DNA of 64,000 bases from an uncultured delta proteobacterium (GCA_963790475.1 CAWBOS010000012.1:256001-320000); one strand, 5' to 3'; positions 20,438 to 30,945 are shown, counted from the first letter of the stretch. The notes: generated by a model not told the origin, from the sequence alone. A program made the numbers and translations.

Positions 20438-20542
20438 CTAGTATCATTGGCCCGTTTCCCTTGCACTGCTTGGTATTTTAAGGGAGGGTTACGGATCTTC
20501 CGCTATGGATCGACCGGGATCCGATGACCCGCCTGTTCCGTT

Positions 20543-21352
20543 TCAGGCTATCCGCCCTCCCGGATAGGGCGGTCCGCCGGCGTAAATCTCTTCCACCTGG
20601 ATAACCCCCGTTCGATTGAATTCCGACCAGTGCCCTTTAGTCTGATAGGAGATAGCTTCCGAGGTGAGGATATTGGCAGCCACCAGGGCCTGGTCCGTGG
20701 GTGAAAGGAACCCGTCCATTTTCCGGTAGATCAGCTTCTTTTGCCCCGCCGGCAGCAACGACAGGGATGGGATCACCTTGGGATATCCATCCAGTCCGAT
20801 CCAGGCCAGGACCTTGACGGCGGCCATCCTGGCAAATTCGCCTCTCACAGCCAGGGGAATGGTCACGTTATTGCCCGATAATTTTTTTTGAACATTGCCT
20901 TGTCTGATAGCCGCCAGCCGGGTCAGCCAATAATCCTTGAGCACCTCGAGTTTGGAGATGGCAAAGGTCCCTTCTACGGAGAGCAGGCGGATGAGCCCCA
21001 CATTACGGACTCCGGTATAGGCGTTATAGCGCAAAAGGGGACTGCCCTTTTGTCGGTCCACATAGGGTCCGGTTGGCTGAAACTCGACAAATTCTCCTTT
21101 GAGGGTCCATCCCTTCAGTTCGGGTGTGACCACCAGAATACCGATTCGCCGGTCTTCCAGGAGGTTTTTGATGCTCTTGCGCAAGAGGAAATTTCCAAAA
21201 AAGAGTGTATCCTCCTGATCTTCAGTCGGAAGCAAAGAGATACAGGGGACGACGTTGGGGATACCCTGGGCCGAGCGGGTGGCCAGAAATTTGGGGGTCA
21301 TCGCTCCGCGCAAAGCGTTCAATAAATTGGGCGTTTGTTTGAGAAGGGACAT
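20543..21352 (-). CDS. Pyridoxamine 5'-phosphate oxidase-like tandem split-barrel protein
   Basis: KFLATRSAQGIPNVVP..KSIKNL and second repeat KVLAWIGLDGYPKVIP. Confidence 0.7.
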   Translation of the reverse strand: MSLLKQTPNLLNALRGAMTPKFLATRSAQGIPNVVPCISLLPTEDQEDTLFFGNFLLRKSIKNLLEDRRIGILVVTPELKGWTLKGEFVEFQPTGPYVDRQKGSPLLRYNAYTGVRNVGLIRLLSVEGTFAISKLEVLKDYWLTRLAAIRQGNVQKKLSGNNVTIPLAVRGEFARMAAVKVLAWIGLDGYPKVIPSLSLLPAGQKKLIYRKMDGFLSPTDQALVAANILTSEAISYQTKGHWSEFNRTGVIQVEEIYAGGPPYPGGRIA

Positions 21353-21513
21353 GACGATCTCCTCCAGATGGTGGTAGTTTCTCAAACACCTTAATCTGAG
21401 AATCTATCTTTAAGGGCCATCTCCAAATTAGTTGGTCAATAATAAACCCTGAATCTTTGGAATCGTCCATCCATCAAGGCTGATTGGATTACAGGTAAAA
21501 ACTGATAACCACC

Positions 21514-21737
21514 TCTCGCCCGTTCCCTTCGGTCTCTTGAGCTCGCAGAGGGCACGGAGAAAGGCAGATTAGATTGGTCCAATTTCCCGAGGGGGGAAAT
21601 TAGACCGGCCGGCTCAGCCTCCGGCCTGGGTGCGCTACAACGCTGGACAGTTTTTTCATTGCGGTCCCCTCAACCGCAATGAAAAAGATAAAGGGTTTTC
21701 TCAGTGAACTCTGTGTCCTCCAGCGAAGCGGGCGAGA
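21514..21737. repeat. Long multi-hairpin repeat related to the CACCGCA family
   Basis: Terminal TCTCGCCCG / CGGGCGAGA; internal TTCATTGCGGT..ACCGCAATGAA hairpin. Confidence 0.6.
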
Positions 21738-21825
21738 GACAAAAAATCTTTCTTGGTCCAACTTCGTCAAGTGCCCAAATCCATTGGTAGAAGAACCATG
21801 ACTGTCAACTGTCATCGGTTTGGGT

Positions 21826-22743
21826 TTATCTGGTCGCCCCGGACCACACGGCGGTCGGCACCAGTTCCACCGCGGTCTGCCAAAGGGATTCCATCTCGGC
21901 CTGGGTTAAGAGGGGCGTTGATTCCAACAGATACGGTAAATCAAGCCGATGGTATTTGGGCTGGCCAAAATTGGTGTAGGCCAGCAAATCCCAACGCTGC
22001 ACGGTCGGCAAGGCTTCGCGGATAAAGCCGCCGATGGTTTGGATATTTTCCGGGTCACTGGTATAACCGGGAATGACCGGGGTTCGAATCCACATCGTTT
22101 TGCCGGCAGCGGCCAGGCGGCGGGCATTCTCCAGGATAGTGGTGTTCGAGAGGCCCGTGGCCCGTTTGTGTCCTTCCTCGTCCATCAGTTTAAGATCGAA
22201 CAGAACCAGGTCCAGCCAGGGTAATATCTTTTCGTAGCGCTCCCAGGGGACAGCGCCGGAGGTATCCAGGGCCACAGGCATCCCGGCTTCCCGGCAGCGA
22301 GGCAGAACTTTCTCCAGGAAATCCGTCTGCAACATCGGCTCGCCCCCGCTAAAGGTGACTCCTCCTCCCGATGTTTCATAAAAAGCCCGATCTTTCAAAA
22401 GCTCAGCGATCAATTCATCGGGGGTAAAGGAACGACCGATAATTTCTATGGCCCCTGCCGGGCAGGCATCCCCGCACTTCCCGCAGAGGGTGCAACGCCC
22501 CCGGTCGATTCCCATCCCCTCGGGCCTGAGATTTAATGCCTTTTCCGGACAAACCTTAAGACAATCCCTGGCGCCGATGCAGCGAACGTCATACCACATG
22601 AGATCGGGTTGGGGACGGAGTCCTTCCGGGTTATGACACCACGGACAGCGCAGGGGGCAGCCTTTGAGAAAGACCGTGGTGCGGATGCCGGGACCATCCT
22701 CGGTACTGAAATGTTGGAGATTAAAGATCAGACCGGTGGACAC
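21826..22743 (-). CDS. Glycyl-radical enzyme activating enzyme with ferredoxin insert
   Basis: DGPGIRTTVFLKGCPLRCPWCHNPE, CTLCGKCGDACP, GGVTFSGGEP. Confidence 0.95.
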   Translation of the reverse strand: MSTGLIFNLQHFSTEDGPGIRTTVFLKGCPLRCPWCHNPEGLRPQPDLMWYDVRCIGARDCLKVCPEKALNLRPEGMGIDRGRCTLCGKCGDACPAGAIEIIGRSFTPDELIAELLKDRAFYETSGGGVTFSGGEPMLQTDFLEKVLPRCREAGMPVALDTSGAVPWERYEKILPWLDLVLFDLKLMDEEGHKRATGLSNTTILENARRLAAAGKTMWIRTPVIPGYTSDPENIQTIGGFIREALPTVQRWDLLAYTNFGQPKYHRLDLPYLLESTPLLTQAEMESLWQTAVELVPTAVWSGATR

Positions 22744-23029
22744 CCTGATTATCCCCTAACTGTGATTGACAAGGCTGTTTTAAGAAATGAATTAGCAATC
22801 TAACCTTTAAAAAGAAATTTTTTGCCACAGACACACAAGGACGCACACAGACTTTTTCCCCTGCGGACTTTCGCAGGAGAAAATCTGCTTAGCCGAGAAG
22901 GCCAGCTGGGTATTAATTGATAGGCCCACCCTTTTCATGAGTTAGCTATTTAACTGGGGTCGTCAATCAGTACACATCCTTACTGTCGGGCGTTGTCTGC
23001 CTTGTCCGCGGTTAAATCCGTTCTAACCA

Positions 23030-25432
23030 TCAAATCGCATGGGACTCCCGGGCGATGATCTCGTCTTGAATCTCTTTCCCCAGGCCTACAAAATAGGCAT
23101 TGTAACCGGTGACCCGCACCAGCAGGTTGTGGTATTCGTCGGGGAACTTTTGGGCCTCCCGCAGGGTATCGGCGTCCAGGACATTGACCTGCAGACAGGT
23201 CCCACCCACTTGGCCATAGGCCCGTAACAGGGCTTTGAGCTTTTGGCGCTGTTCGGGATTCCGCAGCAGGTTCGGGCTGAAGCTCATGGTGTGGCTGGCC
23301 CCGTTGGGCGCGGTCTCCAAACCCAGTTTGCCGACACTCTTGATGATCGAGGTCGGTCCTTTGCGGTCGGCCCCATTGACCGGGCACACCGCATTGGAAA
23401 GGAATTGTCCTCGAAGGCGGCCGTCGGGCGTTGCCGCGGTCGTCGGCGCGTAAGCGATCCAGTAGTTCCAGGAAAGATAGCCGCCGCGATAGTGTTTTCC
23501 GGTTGGTGAAAAGTGCTTAAAGGCCTCTTCGGTCCAAAAGCGGCTGACCTCGCGGGCGATCTCATCGGCGTAACCGTCGTCATTGCCGTACTTGGGTGCT
23601 TTGACCAGCAGGGTCCGGCGCAGATTCTCCTGGCCTTTAAAATTGTCGCGGATGGCCCCAACCAGTTTTTCCATCTCGATCTGCCGGTCTTCATAAACCA
23701 GCTTTTTTACAGCGGCAAGGCTGTCGGCCACAGTGGCCAGGGCCACGCCTTCCACCGTCAGAAAATTATGTCGCGCGCCGCCGGCGTTGCAGTCCTTGCC
23801 GTTTTGCAGACAACCGTCCACCAGGGCGCTGAGGTAGGGGACCGGTTCCCAACGGGCCCGCCCGGCATCGGCCAGGTTGTTGGCGGCGATGAGTTGTTCC
23901 AGGATGGTTTTGAGCTGTTGTTTAAAGGCCTCCATAAACTGAGGGAAGTCTTTAAAATTTTTGGGATCACCGGTGCGCGGTCCGATCCGATGGCCCGTGG
24001 CCATATCGCGGCCGTCATTTAAAACCAGTTCGACGGCTTTGGCCAGGTTCAGGTTGACATCCACAGTGCCGGAGCGGTCGTCACCGATCAAGGTGTTTTC
24101 CAGGCAGCCGACCGGTGCGTAATCCCAGAGCCTTTCTTCCGGCAGGCCCTGCCAACGCAACCCGGCGATGGAATTTTCATCAAAGTTGATCAGGAAGGGT
24201 GAACCCTGGGCCTTGGAGAGCATTTCCACCAGACGATCAAGCAAGCGGTCGGAGGTGCCGGCGTGGACGCGCACATTGGGTTTGGGTTCCAGGAGGTTCA
24301 TCTCTTCGATAACCTCCAGCATCAGATAGGTCAGGTCATTGGCGGCGTCATGGCCCTGGGCATCCATTCCGGCCAGGGTTATAAGCTGGCCAAAGGAAGA
24401 ATTGATGCCCTGATTGGTCCCGGCCCAGCCTTGATAATCATAGACATAATTATGTTTGATCCACCAGCATTGCAGCCATTCGCGGGCGGACTCCTCCGTA
24501 AGGAGTCCCGCCTTTCGATCGGCCTGGAAGAATGGGTAAAGGTATTGATCCACCCGTCCCGGCGACAGGCCCGGTCCCGGATAACTTTCGGCGGCCATGG
24601 CCAGCATGTGCGTGAACCAAAGGGCCTGCAGGGCTTCGGAGAATGTTTCCGGGGGCAGCCAGGGGACCTTTTGGCAGATGCGGGCTATCTCCAGCAACTC
24701 CTGCTCACGTTTCGGATCCGTTTCCATCTCGGCCAGGAGTTTAGCCTGGATGGCGTAGCGGTCGGCCAAATCATGTGTGGCCTCCGCGGAAATCATGATT
24801 GCCCGGGCCATATTCTTTTGCTCGCCCGTACTCCCGGGATCATCGAACAAAACATGGGCCTCGTCCCGGATTCCTTTCCAGCCGATTTTAAGGACCTTGG
24901 GGTAGTTAGGCACCAGATGACCGGGGACGGCAGCGCAGTTTCCCACTCCAAGGTTATTAAGGTCATTCCAGGCCTTCAGGAATGTTTGCTCCTCCCGGTC
25001 CCGGGCCCTGGCTTCGTCTTTTTTGAGACAACGGGAGAGGGCCGTGCTGAAATGGGAGCCGACGACCAGCTCACCATCCAGTATTTCAACAGGCAAGTGA
25101 GAGCGAACCACTTTACGAAAAAACAAGGCTTGTCGAACAGCCAGGGGTTCCTGCCAGAAGTCCGAGGGCAAGTCGACCGGCTGAGACGCCGCCCAGAGGT
25201 AACTGCGAAATCCCTTCTGGAACAGGGCGATTTCAGGAACGTTGGTCCAGTTCCAGATGGAATACACCGTGTCCCAGGGCGTGCCGGTGGTGTAGGCCCG
25301 GACCTCATTGGTATATTCCCGTTCATAGAAGGAAAAAAATTGCCGACGCAAACGCTCCACACGAGGTGAAAGGTTTGAGGACGCCGACCATAATTGCTCG
25401 GGAGAGACGGCGCAGGTTGATTCGCATATCAT
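23030..25432 (-). CDS. Glycyl radical enzyme of unknown substrate (PFL-like superfamily)
   Basis: GRVDQYL, VGCLE Cys loop, PKYGNDD, ATPDGR, LLVRVTGYNAYF glycyl loop. Confidence 0.93.
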   Translation of the reverse strand: MICESTCAVSPEQLWSASSNLSPRVERLRRQFFSFYEREYTNEVRAYTTGTPWDTVYSIWNWTNVPEIALFQKGFRSYLWAASQPVDLPSDFWQEPLAVRQALFFRKVVRSHLPVEILDGELVVGSHFSTALSRCLKKDEARARDREEQTFLKAWNDLNNLGVGNCAAVPGHLVPNYPKVLKIGWKGIRDEAHVLFDDPGSTGEQKNMARAIMISAEATHDLADRYAIQAKLLAEMETDPKREQELLEIARICQKVPWLPPETFSEALQALWFTHMLAMAAESYPGPGLSPGRVDQYLYPFFQADRKAGLLTEESAREWLQCWWIKHNYVYDYQGWAGTNQGINSSFGQLITLAGMDAQGHDAANDLTYLMLEVIEEMNLLEPKPNVRVHAGTSDRLLDRLVEMLSKAQGSPFLINFDENSIAGLRWQGLPEERLWDYAPVGCLENTLIGDDRSGTVDVNLNLAKAVELVLNDGRDMATGHRIGPRTGDPKNFKDFPQFMEAFKQQLKTILEQLIAANNLADAGRARWEPVPYLSALVDGCLQNGKDCNAGGARHNFLTVEGVALATVADSLAAVKKLVYEDRQIEMEKLVGAIRDNFKGQENLRRTLLVKAPKYGNDDGYADEIAREVSRFWTEEAFKHFSPTGKHYRGGYLSWNYWIAYAPTTAATPDGRLRGQFLSNAVCPVNGADRKGPTSIIKSVGKLGLETAPNGASHTMSFSPNLLRNPEQRQKLKALLRAYGQVGGTCLQVNVLDADTLREAQKFPDEYHNLLVRVTGYNAYFVGLGKEIQDEIIARESHAI

Positions 25433-25837
25433 GGATGCACCTCCGTTAAATAAGGGCCCTTTGAAGCCGGTTCCATAAGGATGAGATCACGATCAAGACC
25501 TTTACCTCCTGTTGAAACAGGAATGAAGAAAGAGCAAGGTCACCAATCTGGAAAATACCATGAGGAGGATCAAAAAGCAATGTTCTTGATTTTTAGGGTC
25601 ATTGGGCCGCTTTTATTTAGAAACCTTTGAGGGTCGAGGTGGTTTTGATATGAAAGAGTAATAGAAAAAGGATGGGAGGGGAATGAGGGCACGGGGATTT
25701 GGAGTTGGAGGATTTTTTTGATTTTAAAAAAGGTAAAACAAGAATACTTTTTTTTCAGTCTGCCCCCAATTATTGTCCTTCTAACTAAGATCGAATAAGT
25801 TGTTGAATGAAAGATTTAAAAAGTCTACAATTAACAA

Positions 25838-26011
25838 ATGATTGAGACTTGGGGAAGAATTCTTAATTTAGTTCAGCATCGGAATGTTAGGATCTCCGAA
25901 CATGGATATGACGAACTGGCAGACGATGACATCGCTATCCGGGATATCATGGCCGATATTCCCAGGGCCCTCATTATTGAGCACTAACCAGAATATCCGA
26001 AAGGTCCCTAA
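25838..26011 (+). pseudogene. DUF4258-like remnant
   Basis: ISEHGYDELADDDI..RDI..IIEH*PEYPKGP*; in-frame TAA at 25985 and then truncated. Confidence 0.65.
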
Positions 26012-26069
26012 TTACGACAAACAATTGAAAGAGAAGGCCGGGTCATAAACCACATACAACGAGAGGAAA

Positions 26070-26483
26070 ATGGTTAAGTTCAGTGATCTTGAAGACGCCT
26101 TTCTTTTTGTGAGTTCATCTTCTGACGGAGTGAATTCGGCTTATCTAAACAAGGACACGGGTCAGATCGTCTACCGGTCAGAGATGGGAGATGATGACGA
26201 AATCGCCGATGAGGAACTTGAGGGGGATGGATGGCTGGATATTCCTCATAAGAACGATCTGGACTTGGGTTGGGAGCTTGTATTCGAATTTGTTGAAACC
26301 CACCTGGCCGAAAAACACGAACAAGTCCGGCAAATGTTTCGAAGACCTGGGGGGTACAGACATTTCAAGGCCTTGCTGGAGAACAAGGGGCTGTTGGAAA
26401 CCTGGTACGAATTTGAGAACCGGCGGGAGCAGGAGGCCTTGAGGGAATGGTGCGAAGAAAATGAAGTAAAATGGTCCGACTGA
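26070..26483 (+). CDS. UPF0158 family protein
   Basis: AYLNKDTGQI, RRPGGYRHFKALL, WYEFE, LREWCEEN. Confidence 0.85.
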   Translation: MVKFSDLEDAFLFVSSSSDGVNSAYLNKDTGQIVYRSEMGDDDEIADEELEGDGWLDIPHKNDLDLGWELVFEFVETHLAEKHEQVRQMFRRPGGYRHFKALLENKGLLETWYEFENRREQEALREWCEENEVKWSD

Positions 26484-26597
26484 CGGTTGCCCATCAACGC
26501 AGAATGTTATCAACCCCGCGGACACCTTTCTCGGTTAGTTAAGAAATAAGTATTGTCCACGTGATTTCTCCGATCTACTGCTCACTCTACGAAAACC

Positions 26598-26635
26598 TTG
26601 ACATGGTATGCATATAAAGTTATTATTATGCATAC
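26598..26635 (+). promoter_or_regulatory. vapBC promoter with operator palindrome
   Basis: TTGACA at 26598; inverted GTATGCATA / TATGCATAC. Confidence 0.6.
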
Positions 26636-26649
26636 GAATAAGGAGGCCG

Positions 26650-26856
26650 ATGATGAGAACAACATTGGATTTACCTGAACATTTAATTGATGAGGCCATG
26701 AAGGTGACTCAAATTAAAACAAAAACCCAGGTCATTATAAGCGCCTTGGAAGATTTAATCATAAAGTCGAGGATATCCGGGTTGAAACAGTTTAAAGGTA
26801 AGGTCAATTTGGACATTGATTTGAACGCCATCAGAGGGCGTCAATGTCGGTCTTAG
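26650..26856 (+). CDS. vapB: VapB family antitoxin
   Basis: MRTTLDLPEHLIDEAM..KTKTQVI; AGGAGG RBS; overlaps vapC. Confidence 0.88.
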   Translation: MMRTTLDLPEHLIDEAMKVTQIKTKTQVIISALEDLIIKSRISGLKQFKGKVNLDIDLNAIRGRQCRS

Positions 26857-27224
26857 TTGATACCTCTCTCTGGATAGAATATTTCAGAAGCGGAAATAAT
26901 TCTGAAAAACTGGATCACTTAATAGATAAGAACCTGATTGTTACTAATGACCTTATTCTCTCAGAATTGGTCCCGGCTTTAAGAGTGCGCCGGCAGGGAA
27001 AGATTGTGAATTTATTATTTCAAATTCAAAAGTTGGAACTATCCATAGATTGGAATCAAATTATCGACTTCCAATTCAAATGCTTAAAAAATGGTTTAAA
27101 CGGAATCGGAATTCCGGATCTTATTGTTGCCCAAAACGCGATACAAAATCACTGTGAAATTTATTCACTAGATAACCATTTTAGACTCATAAAGGGCATC
27201 CTTGGACTTCAACTTACCGGTTAA
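26844..27224 (+). CDS. vapC: VapC PIN-domain toxin
   Basis: VLVDTSLWIEYF, IPDLIVA, YSLDNHF. Confidence 0.92.
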   Translation: MSVLVDTSLWIEYFRSGNNSEKLDHLIDKNLIVTNDLILSELVPALRVRRQGKIVNLLFQIQKLELSIDWNQIIDFQFKCLKNGLNGIGIPDLIVAQNAIQNHCEIYSLDNHFRLIKGILGLQLTG

Positions 27225-27590
27225 TAATATTTTTTGAACCCTTCCTTAAAGAAAGGCGTGACCAAGGGATTGTCTGCCGGGGGATGGGACAAACTTCGAT
27301 ATATAAGTCAACAGGGTAGAAATAGACTGTCTGTCGAGAAAATACAATTTACTTTCCGGGAGTCATTATGACGAAAGGGGAAATCTCTTGACGGCTGAGA
27401 ATGAATCTACAGCGCAGTGGAACCCGATTATTGACAATTCTCCAATGATGTTTACTTTCAATGCCGTATGCCAGACGCCTAAAAGGTAACGAATCGATCT
27501 GAAAAGAAGAGTCTTTTAGTTTGGGTTGGTTCAAAAGGGGTATAATAATCGCGTCTCCAAAAACAACGGATGTGAAAAAAGATAGATCCA

Positions 27591-28532
27591 ATGGTCACAA
27601 AAAAGAAAAAAGAAGATCCGGAAGCGGAAATTGAAAAAACAGAAGCTTCCCAAAAGATGCAGGACCTAAAAAAACGGATCATCCGTTTTTGCCGGAATAA
27701 AGGAGTTGATTTAATCGGCTTCGCCCCGGTAGAACGCTGGGCTGAAGCCAAAGAAGTACCCCCGGAATTCTGGCCTCAGGCCATCTGGCCGCCCGCCAGA
27801 ACCGTAATCGTCCTGGGGCTGGAAATGCCGCTGCCTATTGTGGAAACCACTCCATCCGTTGTCCATATGGAGATGTATAAAACCGCCAATGCGGAACTGG
27901 ATCAATTGGCTTACGATCTGACCCGGTATCTCAATCGTCTGGGGCATGCCTCCTTTTTCTTTCCCCGGGACGGTTACGGCAGTATGAGGGCCTTGAAGGA
28001 AAATAATCGGGCGGCCTTTGCCCATATTCCCGCGGCCAAATATGCCGGCCTGGGGACTGTGGGAGCCAGCCATAATCTTTTGACTTCGGAATTCGGCCCC
28101 AGAGTCCGTTTTGTTTCCGTATTCACTTCGGCCAGGATACCTCCGGATCCTATGATTAAAAAAGAGCTCTGCATCAAGTGTGAAGCCTGCGCCAAGTGCT
28201 GTCCCAAAAAAGCGATCAGTATCCGGCCTGACCGGGTAGTCGGCGATTATGACGATCAAGCCTGTCTGGAAATGGCCGAAGAACTCGTGGCCCGGAGGTG
28301 TTTCCCTTGTGGAATCTGCACCAAGGTTTGCCCCGTCGGCCGGGACCGGGCTGTCTATAAGCAACCCGGGATCACGAAAAAATACCTGAGGGAAAAAGAG
28401 GCCCTGGCCGCTAATCCTGAGGACCCCGAATACCGGGCCTGGACCCATCTGCGTAAATACGGGGTTGCTCAGGGGAAAAAGCGTGAAGGGGAAAAGGCCG
28501 GTGCCGGCCCGAATGGCAAGGTGGTTTCCTGA
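27591..28532 (+). CDS. Epoxyqueuosine-reductase-like (QueG/reductive dehalogenase superfamily) Fe-S protein
   Basis: AAKYAGLG..G, EFGPRVRF, CxxCxxCxxxCP and CxxCxxxCP. Confidence 0.8.
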   Translation: MVTKKKKEDPEAEIEKTEASQKMQDLKKRIIRFCRNKGVDLIGFAPVERWAEAKEVPPEFWPQAIWPPARTVIVLGLEMPLPIVETTPSVVHMEMYKTANAELDQLAYDLTRYLNRLGHASFFFPRDGYGSMRALKENNRAAFAHIPAAKYAGLGTVGASHNLLTSEFGPRVRFVSVFTSARIPPDPMIKKELCIKCEACAKCCPKKAISIRPDRVVGDYDDQACLEMAEELVARRCFPCGICTKVCPVGRDRAVYKQPGITKKYLREKEALAANPEDPEYRAWTHLRKYGVAQGKKREGEKAGAGPNGKVVS

Positions 28533-28579
28533 AGGAGTTATGACCTAATCTATTTATTAAGAGGAGCAGATATTAGGTT

Positions 28580-28777
28580 GTTCACCGCAAAGCCGCAAAG
28601 TGCGCAAAGAAAAAAATATTTTTATTGATTGCCGGTGAGGGGGCCGGCAATCAATAGCCTTTGCTACCTTGCGGATAATTGTTTGGCTGGAGGCCAGGGC
28701 TGTTTTGTTCAATCCAACCTCTCATGGGATTGAACAAAAATAATTCTCTCTGCGATCTTTGCGGCTTTGCGGTGAAC
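28580..28777. repeat. CACCGCA-family long inverted repeat element
   Basis: Perfect 21 bp IR GTTCACCGCAAAGCCGCAAAG / CTTTGCGGCTTTGCGGTGAAC. Confidence 0.85.
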
Positions 28778-28837
28778 GTAAACTCTTTTTTCAAATATCT
28801 AAAAAGTTACAGCAAAGCGAATTTGTAGGAGAAGGCT

Positions 28838-29575
28838 ATGAATTTGGAAGAATTCTGCGACCGTTTCCAGGCCCATCTGAACCAGGGTCCCAGTACCCCG
28901 CTATTGGGGGAGGCCGGCCGGCAGCTCTTAAGGGACTTGCTTAAAGATCCCTCCTGGTTCGGGGAATTCCTGCAGAAATACATTGCCGATCCGGCCTTTC
29001 TTTCTGACCCACCGGCATCCATATTCGATAATGAAATAAAACTCTTTCGCAGCCCGGACAAGTCTTTTCTCCTCCTGGCCTACATCTGGGACAACAGCGG
29101 GCTGGGCCCTATTCATGATCACGGGGCCTGGGGTATCATCGGGGGTTTGATCGGTTCCTTACGGGAAATCAAGTACCAAAGAATGGACGATAACCAGGTT
29201 GAAGGATACGCCGAATTGAAACAAATTTCCGATACCCAGATTAAGCCCGAAGATATCCGGATGATCCTTCCCTTGGATAAAGGCATCCATCAGACCGGAG
29301 CGGCGGATGATCGGCTAACTATTACCTTCCATATATATGGGAGAAGCCTTCGGAAGGGATATATTCATTATTTCGATCCCGCTGAAAAAAAAGTCTCCCA
29401 GTCCTACAGGCGACTTCAGTTTCGAAAGGTTTTAGCCCTTCAGGCCTTGGTTGCCCTGGGAGAAGCGGTCGGGAAAAGGTTTTTAACCCTGGATCTGATT
29501 CAATCCTTACCGGAGGATTTAGTCAAAGAGTTTCGGGTGATCTCTTTGGCCTCTGATAAATACCTGCAGGAATAA
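28838..29575 (+). CDS. Cysteine-dioxygenase-like cupin protein
   Basis: PIHDHGAWG, GIH, HIYG metal-binding motifs. Confidence 0.8.
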   Translation: MNLEEFCDRFQAHLNQGPSTPLLGEAGRQLLRDLLKDPSWFGEFLQKYIADPAFLSDPPASIFDNEIKLFRSPDKSFLLLAYIWDNSGLGPIHDHGAWGIIGGLIGSLREIKYQRMDDNQVEGYAELKQISDTQIKPEDIRMILPLDKGIHQTGAADDRLTITFHIYGRSLRKGYIHYFDPAEKKVSQSYRRLQFRKVLALQALVALGEAVGKRFLTLDLIQSLPEDLVKEFRVISLASDKYLQE

Positions 29576-29994
29576 TCATCTGGATGAACAAGGTCCCGGA
29601 TTATATGGTTCACCAATTTAAAAAAATGTATGGTATTTCCCCTCAATTGTATGGTGTAAACAAGCATATTGAACTTGTTAACTCAATACTTTCTTGCAGA
29701 GTGCGGGCTGGACAGTGTAAGGGAAATAGAAATCAATAGGACAATCCTGATAAGGTAAAGTTGGAAAAAATTGTATCCGGGAACAGCACGGACGGCATAT
29801 TTGTTAATGAAATGGAATGGAAGAAGAGAACTTACTGAATCCCGTGAACAACGACCGCTTGTCCCAGGGGATCGGTAATCCAAGAACGGCATCCTGATTC
29901 TTGACCGGGGGAAAAAGAGGCATACTCTTCTGGAATTCCGCATAAAAACCTTTATGCTTGACATAACGCATAAAATCTGGTAAGTTAAATTCTC

Positions 29995-30276
29995 ATGATC
30001 GTAAGCTTTAGAGATAAGCGAACGCAGGAATTTGCACAGGGGAAGCGGGTCAAGACCTTTACCGGATTTGAATACAAGGCGGAAATGAAGCTTGATCAAC
30101 TCGATTCGGCTACTTCATTGCTTGATTTGGACTTGCCCGGAAACCGTCTCGAAGCGCTTAAGGGAGACCGTAAGGGTCAATACAGTATTCGCATTAATGA
30201 CCAATGGCGGATTTGTTTCGAGTGGCCGAAGGGTACCTTGGGGCCGATCAATGTTCAAATCATCGATTATCATTGA
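29995..30276 (+). CDS. higB: HigB toxin (plasmid maintenance killer family)
   Basis: PGNRLEALKGDRKGQYSIRINDQWRICF..IIDYH; TTGACA-17-TAAGTT promoter upstream. Confidence 0.95.
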   Translation: MIVSFRDKRTQEFAQGKRVKTFTGFEYKAEMKLDQLDSATSLLDLDLPGNRLEALKGDRKGQYSIRINDQWRICFEWPKGTLGPINVQIIDYH

Positions 30277-30284
30277 GGTGCAAT

Positions 30285-30602
30285 ATGGGACGTAGTGCTA
30301 TTCATCCCGGCGAACATCTCGCCGAACAACTTCAGGCTCTGGAAATGAGTGCGGCTGAATTGGCCCGCAGGCTCAAGGTTCCTACTAATCGCATAACTGA
30401 AATCCTGAATGGCCAGCGAAGCGTGACCGGGGACACCGCCTTGCGATTGGGACATTTCTTTGGAACGAGCCCGGAATTCTGGCTGAACCTTCAGAAAATA
30501 TTCGAATTGCGTCTGGCCGAGAAGAAATCCGGAGAAATGATCCGGACCTTACCAAAACTCTCCAAACCGATAAACAAACAAAGCAACAATGCGCATCCTT
30601 AA
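30285..30602 (+). CDS. higA: HigA antitoxin
   Basis: IHPGEHL, HTH, TALRLGHFFGTSPEFWLNLQ. Confidence 0.95.
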   Translation: MGRSAIHPGEHLAEQLQALEMSAAELARRLKVPTNRITEILNGQRSVTGDTALRLGHFFGTSPEFWLNLQKIFELRLAEKKSGEMIRTLPKLSKPINKQSNNAHP

Positions 30603-30736
30603 CTGGCCAACTTCCCTTCCATTGTTCAAGTGCATCAGGAAAATGGGGAGGACTGCCCTTAACTAAATAATATGTTTTAATAATTTGTTCAAAAAAGAAA
30701 TCCAAACCTTGAAAGGATGTCCTATGAAGCAGTCCG

Positions 30737-30775
30737 ACAAGACCCCATATTTCTGAAAAAAATATGGGGTCTTGT
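30737..30775. repeat. Perfect 16 bp inverted repeat between TA modules
   Basis: ACAAGACCCCATATTT / AAATATGGGGTCTTGT. Confidence 0.75.
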
Positions 30776-30945
30776 TTTGAGGAGATAGAGTAACAGAAAC
30801 AAACGGGCGGTTGAAGGGAATGAAATAGGTTTTGGTCTGGCTTTAGAACTTGGGTCAATAACAGACTTGATCCTCAGACCTTTGGCCCTTGAAAAAGAAT
30901 AGGAATGATGTATAATGGTGCTGTATAAAATATTTGAGGTGTGAC

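Noticed and set aside
24263-25369. 368 aa plus-strand ORF
   Set aside because: Antisense shadow of the glycyl radical enzyme; no motifs. The same applies to 13504-14610, 38855-39889 and 58232-59230.
23030-25432. Calling this pyruvate formate-lyase (pflB)
   Set aside because: Single-Cys GCLE loop rather than the CC motif, and the activase has a ferredoxin insert
29683-30099. 138 aa minus-strand ORF
   Set aside because: Overlaps the higB promoter and gene; composition does not look like a real protein
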